A stretch of DNA of 64,000 nucleotides. Source: Selaginella moellendorffii (lineage: Eukaryota > Plantae > Lycopodiophyta). The stretch's first letter is position 1. The number at the start of each line of letters is the position of its first letter. Below, in pieces: positions 24,694 to 36,600 of the stretch. The notes beneath the pieces are model-generated. The model worked only from the letters and a program-made list of their open reading frames with translations. It was not told the origin of the DNA and made no database searches. The position numbers and the translations under genes are program-made. Location: assembly GCF_000143415.4 (NCBI RefSeq), contig NW_003314293.1, positions 186,001-250,000 of the forward strand, written 5' to 3'.

Positions 24694-26296
24694 TGTAAGC
24701 GACTAATTTTTCCATTCTACTTTAGTCACTTAACCACATCTCTGACCACTTGGAGAAGACTCATCTACAACCTCCTTAAGTCCAATTCAAGATTTGGGAC
24801 TTGCTAGCCCGAAGAATGGCATCCATACCACTCATCCTTTTCACTTGGTCCAAGTGCTTCATGTGTCCGGTCCCAAGACCGACACTCCAAGGTACCATCA
24901 ACATACCAACTTGTTACACTAAGGCCATGCCCATTCACCTTGGTACCATTGGTGGTCCAACACCACCTACATTGCAGTCCCGTCTCTCAACGACTAGGCC
25001 ATTTGTCCAGGAGTGACCATCCAAGATCCACTCCTTAGCATCCTTGAGATACCCACAGACAAGGGGAACCACCTTCCCCAATATCCCTTTTACAATCCCC
25101 ATTAAGTCCCTTTTCCGTCCATAGTTGAGTTTGCCTACTCTACCACTGGGACAAGGCCCACAAGCCCGACCACTAAGTCCCACTGTCCTCTAGGACTTTC
25201 TCACCACATGACCGTAACCTTTGTCACCACACTTGAGGACTGTTCCTCTTCCATTCTATAGTCTGGGACTTTGGGACAACATTTCGGAACACCATGGCCT
25301 TACGCGAGCCTTGTGGGTACTCTCCTTGCCTTCCACCTTTTGGTGCTCTAGCCATGGGCTTAGAGCGAGGTTCCGTTGAGCCACACTAGGTATCCAAGTA
25401 GGTAGTGCCACCCACACTTGGACTGAGAGCATCGACCATTCGATCTCCCGGGGGAACTAAAGCCGGCTCTTGAACACTTTACCAAGCTACCTCGCTTGAC
25501 AATCCGTATTCACTCTAGCATTGGACCTCTTAGTGGTTATCCCATCACCCAACACCTGAGTACAGCCTTCCTGGGCCAAACTGGCCTTTTCTGGTCAAAC
25601 TGGCTCCACTTAAGTCCTCCCCCTACTATACTTTTTGGAGCTCAACAAACCCCTTAGGGTCTGGGAGATGAATGCTTTGGGCTTTCACCCTCTCAAACTC
25701 AAACTTGAACTCGGACTTGGACTCGGACTCGGACTTGGTCTCAGACTCGGACTCGGGCTCAGACTCGGTCTTAGCCTTGGTCTCGGTCTCAGTCTCGGCC
25801 TTGGTCCCGGTCTCGGTTTTGGTCTTGGTCTCGGTCTTGGTCTCGGTTTCGACTTCAGACTCCATCTCGGGTCCTTCTCGGACTCCATCTTGGATTCCAT
25901 TTTGGGTCCATCTCGGACTCCATCTCGGTCCATCTCGGACTCCATCTCAGACTCCATCTCGGGTCCATCTCGGACTCCATCTTGGGTCCATCTCGGACTC
26001 AATCTTGGGTCCATCTTGGGTCCACCTTGGACTCCACCTCGAACTCCATCTCGGACTCCATCTCAGACACTTCCACGTGTCATGTTTTGGTCCTCTTGTG
26101 TCCCCTTTTCTAGAGACTCACTCATGGCTCGCCTCGTGCTTATTCTTCGAGCACTTCGTTGGGAGTTCCACTCTCGACTTTCTCAAGTCGGAGCTTTTAG
26201 TCCAAACGTGTTATACTCCTTTGGCTTTCGCTTCGGCCACTACCACGTGGTGCCCTTTCGGCTCCACTTTGGGGCCTAGGGATTTTGTGTCTCACA
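24694..26296 (-). repeat. 3' LTR of G2 (1603 bp) with internal 6-bp/12-bp tandem array
   Basis: Direct repeat of 42660-44327; array of (CTCGGT/CTTGGT/CTCGGA)n and (GACTCCATCTCG)n at ~25700-26066. Confidence 0.95.
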
Positions 26297-28674
26297 ACTC
26301 CACCACCCATAGATGAAGTTCGCTGTCTTCATCAAACGGTAAACCATTTTATAAAGTAACACCCGCATGTATTACCACTTCCATCCTTGGCACCCAACCA
26401 ATATTTGTCTATGGTTTGACACCAAAGGCTCACCATGCTTTATCCATCCTCTAAGGAGCATAGTCTCTTCAACATAGAGACTCTTTCGACCACCTATGGT
26501 GGTTTGCTCACTTTTATTGGTTTAGTTCTCACTAAACCCATTAGAGACACCCTCTCTAATTCAATTTCACTACTCATTTCTGAGTAGCCTCAGTTCCCAT
26601 TGATATAAATTTGCACTCTGGAACTTTTAAATTTGACTTGTCAAAGTCAATTTTCTAAGTGTCTCCGACACTTTGCATTACACATATTATGCAACTCCAC
26701 TTCCCCATCTTTGGAAGTTCTCTATTTGAAGGCACCATCATCCTCTTTCTTATTTTGTGTGACCTTTGGCACTAAGTTCCAGTTATCCTAATTTGTGCTA
26801 GGGTTGTCCACGTCCCTATTATTTGGCTATTTGCCCGCTCCCTCCCTTGGAGCTTCCACTTTCGCTAAATCGAAGCAATTGGGAATCCATCCTTGGAAAC
26901 ACATTGCCTTTCCCACAATTCGTTAGGACTCAACACATTAGTGTTCTTAGCCTAGCTTTACGTTTTTGATTCTTTCCCATGATTCCCATGGCTCTTTTCT
27001 TAGCCACTAGTCTTTTGCTCCTATCCTTGATTGTTTCATCTAGTAGCATCGAATCACTACCTCCATTCTTGAGGTATCCTTTCAGTTCCATAGCAAAAAC
27101 TTTGCTTTGCCAAGTCTAGAGGGTGTTCACCCCTGGTATGTCTCTTTAGGATTTTCTACTGTGGGCTCTACCCCTGGCCCAACTTTGTGACCCTCCTCTG
27201 GGTCTTTTATAGTGATTACCTTCTTCGGACTCACTATGCCATCGCATAGTTATAAATGATTTCCTTTAGGTGTTCTTCCCACTTGGTCACCTTGACCAAG
27301 CCACACCATCATCAATAGTTCAAACCAACACTTTGAACTAGGAACTTTATCTCTTAACCTCACAAAGACCTTGTCCTTGTTTTGGCCATAAGATCACCTA
27401 GTGATCACACCTTGGCACTTTAATAGGTTTGCCAATAGGTATTAAGTCTTCCAAACCTTTAAGTTATTCACAATGACCCCGGGGGCATCCCCCACACTTG
27501 GCGGTGCACCCAAGCCAGCCCTTCCAACTAAGGGTCTATAGCAACTGAGATTGGGTGTCCCCATCTCATTCACCACGTCCTTGGTGCCACTCGCACCAAG
27601 TGTTCAAGTTAGATATGCCGAGCCACACTAAGCAATCTAACCATGCATCACGACTTCGAGGCATCCCTCCCTTGGCAGTGTGCCTAAACTAGTCTCCTCA
27701 CTGAGAGTCCATGACCACTGAAAAATGAGTGTCTTCATATTCCAAACCATCACCACGCTCTAGTGATTTGGGACTCGAACCCAAGCATTAGAGGGTTGGG
27801 ACTCAAATGCAACCTCCGTATATGCATCTACGGACGGCATCACCCTAGATGCCTGGCGTGACTCCCCATGCCGGTGCACTAATTTATTTCCAAAGTGTGC
27901 TACAGATCATAGCTTAGAGACTTAGTCCCTCCAAATTGCCAAGTGCTCTCACTTGACAAGTCTATGATCATGTATAGACTCCTCCATGCTTGGCCCCATG
28001 GACCACCCCTTTTGAAGGGGCGCAGACCATACTTGAGCTCACAAGTTAAAGAGTTGAGCTCATGAGTTGAGCTCAATTTTCAATTGTAATTTAATACAAA
28101 TATTATAAACTTTAAAATTTTAAGGTTATGGCGAACCTAATAATTTAATAACTCTCTATATATTATATAGATAAAAATGTTCTAAAGAACACTTCTTGTT
28201 CTAATAATTTAAATATTTACTACATGCAATGATAGGGACATTTGTTAGAACATTTGTTTGTCAGTTCTTTAAATTTGTACTCTATGCTTTTTGGCTAGTA
28301 AATGTCAGGTTTGTCAGAATTAAAAAATTATTAAATTTGAAATAAGATTCTATGTAAAGCCATATAACCGTTTGAAAGGAAAAAAAAATAACCGTTGATG
28401 TAAGTTTATTACATATAAAAGAAAGACTTAGTTCTTTTTGGAATACATTCTTGAGGGCTTTGTCGTAGCATACTGTCTAGAATTTATAAATCTTCATTCA
28501 CACTCTTATTCGAAAAAAGGGAAATACACACAAATGTCTATGAGTTCTAGTGTTGGTAATTTTAACTCTCATAATCTTTCTTCCTAGGGTTCAAGGGCTA
28601 AGAGATGCAATAACTATCCCATTGCATAGCATAACTAAACCACACAAGAGAATGAAAAAGAGGATAGTGATGCA

Positions 28675-28923
28675 ATGACAGAGGGTGCAACAAATTGGGT
28701 GAAAAAGAATGTCCTCTTACTTGTTTTAGAAAAGTACAATTCTGCCACTTTCAAGAAGTGCCCCATATGTTTTCTAGCGTTTGGTGGAAACAATGGCAAT
28801 GATCAGTATGATGGTATATATGCTCTTGCAACACATTGCAATATCACGCACCCGAAAGACTACCATGAAATCTTTTTTGAGATGGTAAAGATAGAAATGG
28901 AGACACACGAGTACTATGGGTAG
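28675..28923 (+). CDS. Small zinc-finger ORF (CPxC...H...H, zf-XS/SGS3-like), left end of the MULE
   Basis: KCPICFLAFGGNNGNDQYDGIYALATHCNITHPKDYHEIFFEMVKIEMETHEYY; paralogous to the ORF at 38467-39111. Confidence 0.5.
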   Translation: MTEGATNWVKKNVLLLVLEKYNSATFKKCPICFLAFGGNNGNDQYDGIYALATHCNITHPKDYHEIFFEMVKIEMETHEYYG

Positions 28924-29128
28924 TATTGCGAAAAGAACACTTGGAAGCATATAAAAGGAAAAGTGAAATGAAAAATCACATTTTTATTAATTATATAAAG
29001 TATAATAAGTTTTATTGATAGAGAATAAACATTGATAGTGTTGGAGAAATCTAATTAGCTCCAAAAGTTTTCTGCAACTCAGCAATAGTAAGGCTTGTTT
29101 GGTGTATATGAATATCCACTTTAGGATC

Positions 29129-32100
29129 TTAGTGCAAGATGTTGATGAAGATGTAGTACATATGCTTACAAGGAGCATATGCCTTCCCATGTTCCTCGCG
29201 CTTTGTAAAGTCTAGACATGTGCAAGGAAAGTTGTGAATGGCAATTGTGTACTCTCCACCTTCTGTTTTGACTATGCATTCATTTGCAAGCGCAGTGATG
29301 TACTTCGTGGAGAGAATCTCACACTCAAGTGTTTGAGCCAAGTTTATTTTACCTTGCTTCTACTTGGAGACGGTACCAATAAATTTAATTGCCTTACCTT
29401 TTCGTGCTGGCCTTTTGTGCATCTCTATAGGAATAGTCTTGCTCTTGTCACTTATGTCTCCAACTCTCCTCTCAAGATTAAAACCAGATTTCTCAAGGTT
29501 TTCAATCTCAATCCAAGGTGAGCGCAACCCCATTAGCAACCGGCCATTCTTTAGGTACTGCATCAAGTTTAATCACTATAGTGTCTTTAAGCCACTTCGT
29601 ATGGTTGGTGTTGGTGTTGCAACAATATAGCCAGCACCATCTTGAAAATCCTACTTGCTTTCATTCCCTATAGAAACATGGGGTTGGAACAGAAGTAGAT
29701 TTGTCACCACGAATCCAAGCCCAACACTTGCCCCTCGGAAGCATCCCCACACACCTTACATTCAATTTTTCTGGCACGCGTCGGATTGCCTATTGCTTCA
29801 ACTCCACGCTACGGTAAGCAATTTCAACCTGTTGCGATGCACTCTCTTCATCAGCCACTTGAGGTGGCTCGGTTTGAGAGTGGTGTCTTGGAGCAGAATG
29901 GTACTCAACATTAGGCCTGTGAGAGCTTTTTGCTCTAAGGTCTGTACCAACATCTTCCCCAGCAAAGGAAAAACGACGCTTTGAGTAGACAGTCTTCATA
30001 TCACCAATAGAAGCTCGGGGAGTGTACTCCATAGATGTGCCATGGACCACTTCCTCAACTGCAGTTGCCACTATTCAGGTGGGTGGAATTAATTTTCACT
30101 TCATCCTATCATGTAACATTTCAACAGAAGGCCCTGTTTCCATGTATCTTCCTTCCTCGAATACTAGTGCTTTTGAAGATTGCTCTATAGCACGTATCAA
30201 ATCTGATAGACAGGCTGCGTATAGACTCATCTTCCCTTTCCCTGCCTCAGAGGAACGCCAACTCCAATGCTTACTTTCAGAGAGATTCATAGTTAGGGTG
30301 TATGTGAGGTCCTCAAGTGGTTGATCCTAATGAAAAAGGCAATATTAAGAGGTAATAAAAGGAGAAGAAAAAATATAAACCAACCTGAAAAGAGTGATAT
30401 CCCCACTGGAACATCCTAACTTCCCACTTTCCTAACCATGACTCAAGTTGTGGTAGGCAACTTACATCTGTATGGCCATCTTCACGCCACCACATTTGAA
30501 TCTCATTTGCTTTTGCCTCATGTTCTTCTTCAAAAGGTGCAACTTGCCATTGTTTGCACAACTCCTTAAATATTAATTGAAACTCTGGCTTGATAAGATG
30601 GCAGTGCTGGTTTAGGCTTTGAGCCCAATGGAACACACAAGTCCTCTCACAACCTTCCAATGGTTGATCATTCCCAAAAACTGCTGGGATACCATTCCAA
30701 TTTGCATGAGCCCCATCTGCCATGAAACCACGAAAGTTTGCAGGTGTACCAGTCTGCTTTAGGACAATATTAGAGAGGGACTTCCAAAATATTTCCTGTG
30801 CTATCTGGTTTTATACTTTAAACTCTGCTGTCGCAATTGTTAAGTTACAATGTAGCCTATGAAAAGATAAATATTATAACAATTTCAATATAATGAGAAT
30901 AAAAATTACCTTGGATCATACACATGAGCTCCCATGGTTGTCCAACCGGATACATGGTCTATATGGTCAAAATGTACCCATGCATTTGCAAGGTCACTAT
31001 ACCCAAACATGTCCATTCGGGAGACAAAATCTACGACAAAGGCAGGGCCCATGGTAGACATTTTGAAAACAAAAGGGTGCTCTTGCTCATTCACAACTTG
31101 GTCTGGAAACAAACTTCCGTGGATGAACTCATATGGACAGGTCTGTTTCAATTCAAGGATGGAGTCAATTTTTGATTGCAACTTCCCCTCTCGAGATTCA
31201 CACATCGAAGATTTTATCCTAAACAATATAATGTAAGAAAAAATTATTATTATAACGTATGAAAAATAACAGATGTACCTCCTTAGGCTAGTAGCAGGTT
31301 GTACTCCTCGTAGTAAGCCTCCCAAGCTAGCCTCGTTTAGTTGAGTTTTTTGGCAACCTAGATTGAGTAAGGTATTTGCGATAAAATCCTTGATGACGGT
31401 CTTCTAAACATGTTTTGGAGTTGCAAATGAGTTTCTCATAGTCTCTTCCTGCACAACATCTTTGAAACGGTTAAGAGAACTCCTTTATATCCCTTCCTAC
31501 ATTGGATGCATATGTGTGCCAACATGCACTATAGCTTTTCTAGCCACTCCATCCCGTGGAAGAAAGTAGTACATCTTGGCCTCGCAGATAGCATAACATA
31601 GAGGAGCATTTTTGCAGAATCGACATTTGAATCCAACAGAAATGGTGTCATAGGCTGGAGGATTGATTGCAGACCCTTCAAAAAATATAGAGTTTCTAGA
31701 GTGGTCTCGATTGCATACTTCATCCACACAATCTAAATGTCGGCAACAATGAACTATAGACACTGTGCCTTCAAAATGTTGGAAGTGTGTGGTTTTGATC
31801 TTGCACCAATTGTGGACATCTTGCTTGGTTTCCATCCCCTTCCATTTGGAACCTGTGTTGCTGACAAGAGGTGGTAGCTCGAAGAAAATGTTGCCGTTGT
31901 AGGAGGATGGAAGTTCACTCACAAGCTTATACAAAAACAAGTGCACGTCGATTGAGAGGCATGAAAATTGGAAAGCATTGCTAACGGCTTTGAATATTGC
32001 TGAAGTTGGAGCTAAAGTTGGAGCTGGAGCTGGTGAATTTGGTGCCGATACTAGCATGACTTCTCCACTTGAACTAAAAAAGGACGAGAGGATAATGACT

Positions 32101-32276
32101 GACTCTTGCTTCACATTCACTTTGGCTAGAGTGCATTTTGGCATTTTGATTGGAGATCCAAACACTCGAATCTCCTTCGACTTGGAATTTTGTAAATCCC
32201 ATTGTTGTCCACCCTCGCCCACACCAGAAAGAAAAAACTCCGAGTATGCAACTATACCGATGTCGTTGCGGATCAT
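29129..32276 (-). pseudogene. MULE-type DDE transposase with N-terminal WRKY/GCM-like zinc domain and C-terminal SWIM finger (intron-containing, internal stops)
   Basis: CRFC...CEAKMYY...IVHVGTHMHP; WVHFDH...GWTTMGAHVYD (D1); NFRGFMADGAHANW (D2); ERTCVFHWAQSL (CxxH); TMNLSESKH (E); CTCLDF...PCKHMYYIF (SWIM CxC..CxH). Confidence 0.8.
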
Positions 32277-33393
32277 AGCCTCTAAAGAAATAGAGCCAAG
32301 ACGAAGATCAAAACACCGACATAAAAAACTTTCAGAAACAATACTCTGAGAGAATGAAAGAGGTGGGTGATCTCAAAAATGAAGAAGAAACCTTTCCATC
32401 CTTCTCAATAGGTGTTGGAGTTCTCTCTCTTTATGCTACTTGTAAAAATTTAAATAGAGTAATAAGAAGACAACGTACAAAATGAATTTAAATTCTATAC
32501 CAAATTTAACATGTTCAAGTGTGACAGTATTAATATTACTATCATCTATTATGATGTCTGATGCATGTATACACATAGATCCAAGGAAAGATTTTCAACA
32601 TATGAAGTTTGATAGTTAATAATGATATTAGTAATGACATTCTACTATAACGTGTTAAACTAAGAGATCCAATCTAACTATCAGCACATGTGATATGTCA
32701 AGTTGTCAAATTTTAAGTGGTAGATGATAATAAATCTTGTCAAATGTTATTCTTCAATGACAGATTTGATTCGTAGTACAACTCAAGTTTTATCCATAAT
32801 TGTGAACATTGCTCAATGACATTTAAAGCACATGCCTATTGTTTAGGATCTAATACAACATAAAATAAATTTCTGGATGAGGATTCATCCATTCATAGAT
32901 GGATATAGCACAACATATTTTAAAGTGCCTTATTTATACTCTTTAAAGTTCTTGTAACAATTCCAAAATATTGATGAGAATGCATCCTTTCTAGATAATT
33001 TGTAAAATATAATATCATATCTCTAATAACAGAAATGTTATACCATCATTAAAATATACAAAATAGAGAAGCATAATTTACATATAATAATAATGATAAG
33101 ATAAAATAAGATCAAAGATATTGTGATGGTTGAGATTTAGGTTATTTGGAATGAATGGCCAGGATTAGAGATTGGTTAGGGTTAGGGCAGTCATCAGGAT
33201 TAGGGTTAGGGTAGCTGCCAAGATTAGGTTAGTGTTCGCACCGTGAGTGGAGCGCGCGAGAGATCGAGAGATTGAGCACGAAGGAGATCGAGGGATTGAG
33301 CGTGAAAGAGATTGAGTGATTGAGCGCGCAAGAGATCGAGAGATTGAGCGCATGAGCGGGAGAGATTAGCTCGACCTCAAACAGTTTGGCCAC

Positions 33394-33534
33394 CCGAGGG
33401 GCCAAGGTTATTCAAATAACCTTGGCTCCTCGGCGAGCAAAACTGCCCGAGATGGCCAGCCCAAGCTTGACCTCGGGCACTTTAGGGGCCGGAGGGGCCG
33501 GAGGGGCCGAGGTTATTTGAATAACCTCGGCCCC
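33394..33534. repeat. Two related GC-rich palindromes (33394-33433 and 33503-33534)
   Basis: ccgaggggccaaggttatt-ca-aataaccttggctcctcgg and ggggccgaggttatt-tg-aataacctcggcccc. Confidence 0.9.
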
Positions 33535-33654
33535 CTAGGCAACCAAAGTGCCTGAGGTAGAGTCTAGGCCCACTTGATTTTTTTTTTCTCTTTGACTATT
33601 TGAATTTCTCATTATCTTTATTTAGTTTGACTAACAAAATTTTTTCTCTTGTAG

Positions 33655-36600
33655 AAAAGGAAAATTGTAACACATAAAAAGGTTGTTAAAGCCAAGAAGA
33701 CACAAGAAGTTCAATTTGGCACTGACGACGATATCACGATCGACATGTCCATTGGCACAACAGAGACACATTTAGTTAGAGATTCACCACTTCCACCACC
33801 ATCACCTCCACCATCACCACCTCCACCACCGCCATCGCCACCTCCACCACCTCCATCACCATCTCCACCATTGCCATCGCCACCACCACCACCACCATTG
33901 CCACCGCCACCACCACCATTGCCACCACCACTGCCACTATTGCCTTTGCCCCCGCCGCCACTGCCACCACCACCATTGCCACCACCACTGCCACTATTCC
34001 CTCTGCCCCCGCCACCACCGCCACCACCACCAACGCAAATCTCTGAAGTTGGGCAATCTAGTGGTGTTCACGATAGGGAACCTGAGGAACAGCCTGGAGC
34101 TGAAAGAGTTGCAGACCTTCTTGACAACGTGGTGGACAAGAGCTTCCAAGAGACTGTTATGCGGACAAGGGAAAAAGCAGTTCACCAAACACTTGAGGCA
34201 CTCAAGTGGCCAGGCCCTTATGACTTGATCAGAGAAATCCCCCTTTGCCGTTTGCAGCAGATGAACCTTGTCCACACAGCATCCAAGTATGTCAACCCGG
34301 ATATATACAGCTTGTTCAAACAGAATGGCCTTGCAACAAATATCGGTATGTTTCTAGTCTCTTTTTGCAAGCCAGGAATAACGGAGATCATTACTATCTG
34401 TAGCGCATGTGGTTTTTACCCTTTATCCTATGGTGATTTACCATAGGATAACACCACGAAGCGGAACCTAAACCCTCTTTGTGCCACATGACAGATGCCA
34501 CATGTCACATGCCACGTGTCCAAAGGATAGTGGTGTGGAACCCAAGGTTCAGGGCCTTGGGCCACTGAACGAAGGAACGGTGCCAAACTCCCAAGCATGG
34601 AGCCAAGGAGTGATGGAACCGAACCATGGAGCAACTCCTAAGCATACAGCCCAAGGAGCGAAGGGACAGGAGCTCGGAGCGACTTGGAATAGTCCTGGAG
34701 CAACCAACATCCTAATGCCAGGACCAACACGCAAAACGGAGCCAAACAGATTCTGGCACTATTTCGACATACCGGTGGCCTAATGTGAGGACATGGGTAC
34801 TCCACCAGCTAGCATGGAATGGAACTTGAGCTTAGACCCAAGTTGGACCCAAAACAAGGATAGGTTGCAAGCGGCACCCCCCCCCCCCCCTCCTTGAGGA
34901 ACACACGCTTTGGGCTTTCACCCCAAGCCTCCTTTAGTATCAGGAGTTAGTCTCTGGGACAAGCTTGAAACTTACTAAATATGGAATGGCGCTAGATTGT
35001 GAATTTGGACACGGGACAAACACCATTGTGTTCAAACTGATCTCTACATTCCGTAGATATGCCAAATGAGCAAATCTAGACACTTTCCATAAATAGTATT
35101 TGGGACCGGAATGAGACCAACACAAAGGGCATGATAGCGAGGGTGTTTGGCAAACATGGTAAGCTATCATCCAGCGATATTAAGGGACTAATCTTAATAC
35201 GCGAGGGTTCTTGTCACTAGCCAGTGCAAGACAAAATGAGACGGGAACTCCTTACCTGGCTAAGTATGCTTAGCTAATAAAACATAGGAATTCCGTCCTT
35301 ATGCTTGTCCAGTCTAAGTACACTCGAAATGCCCAACAATACTGACCTCCTGCCGTCATGGCAGTAAGGAAAGAGTGTCCGTAAGGACTGGTCGACAGGT
35401 AACTTTCGATCTCCAAAGTCATATTCGCGACACTATCACACCTGAGATTGTGAATAGCTAGGATCCTATTTGGATTAGGAAGTCCCTAGAATTTGATGAC
35501 ATGCTTATCTGACATCCTGAGACTCGACAACTTGCGGGGACAATGTTCCAAATTATTGACGGTAACCACTGATATGGAACTTGGATGAAGTGTATCGACG
35601 ATCATTTTCGCGATGATCCCGTCTACCATATCAATGTTCCAGTCGGCCATGTCTACGCGAGGGGACCTTTGGATGTCAACAGACTTATCTTGGCCTGCCA
35701 AAAGATCAATGCGTAAGTTTTATAATTTTACCTCTAACTCTACTTTAACTTGTTTTGTTATGTTTAAATGTAGGCTTGGGCAGTTCGTTGTTCAAAAACA
35801 AAACCTTGTCCATGACATCAAGCAACTTTGATTTTTGGCAGACTTGAGTGAGGATAACATCCGCCAACATTATGGTGATGATCTCGCAACACTTGTTCGG
35901 CACTCACGCACTCGAAATGATGGTACAACTTGGTTCAACAACCCAATTAGTTCTATACTCGCTGTATGGTGTAAGGTATGTCTTTCCCTTTTATTTTATA
36001 AAAGCCTCTTTTAATTGTTTTGGTTTTTAGCCTTTGGTGAAGGTCAAGCAAGATGCTTATGAACTTGCATATCTAGAGAAGAGTCAGGAAGAGCTCTTAG
36101 CTGAGTTTGTACAAATTAAGCACAAAATTCAGCATGCAAAGTCCTCAAAGTTGAAGAAACTAGTATGTATTGCAGACAATCATAGGCTGAAGGAGTGGCT
36201 AGAGACTATAGCCAAAATTTCTTCTCATGAATGTAAGTTTTTTATCACACTTCATTTTTTTTAATTATGCATATGTTACTTTTGCAGTGAACAAAACTCT
36301 AGATGACATGATTTACAATATCGCAAAATCAAAGCTTCCATATAAGCAACAGATAGAGACTCTAGAGTTCCTCAATGTTTGCTTGATGAACAGAGAGAAA
36401 GGATTGCCAGAACTATTTGAGAATATGATGAGAAGGGCTGTCTACATCATGCAAACTATAAGTGAAGGTGAGAAGTTCTTAGCACCACACATTGGTGATG
36501 ATCCAGATGGCACATTCATGTCTTTCAACACCTACATCAACACGTCATTGGAAGGGATCCAAGAGGGGTGGTTGCCAGAGAAGTCTACAAGCACAACAAC

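Noticed and set aside
25700-26066. Repeat array considered as CRISPR-like
   Set aside because: No unique spacers or cas genes; it is a simple tandem repeat in a eukaryotic LTR
25626-26316. Long low-complexity ORFs (GL-, SD-, RP- and ET-repeat peptides) on both strands, also at 43500-44374
   Set aside because: Artefacts of stop-free 6-bp/12-bp tandem arrays inside the G2 LTRs; open in several frames at once and not conserved between the two LTRs
27769-27782. B-box/tRNA T-arm-like GGGTTCGAGTCCC on the minus strand
   Set aside because: I could not build a cloverleaf or find an A-box around it; insufficient to call a tRNA or SINE
33175-33232. TTAGGG-like repeats as an interstitial telomere
   Set aside because: Only a few imperfect units; not a telomeric array
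33776-34033. Val/Ala/Met-rich minus-strand ORF, and an extensin-like reading of the Pro-rich ORF
   Set aside because: The first is the antisense shadow of the CCA/CCG tract. The Pro-rich stretch lacks a signal peptide and Tyr-containing extensin motifs, and is contiguous with the ParB-like exon
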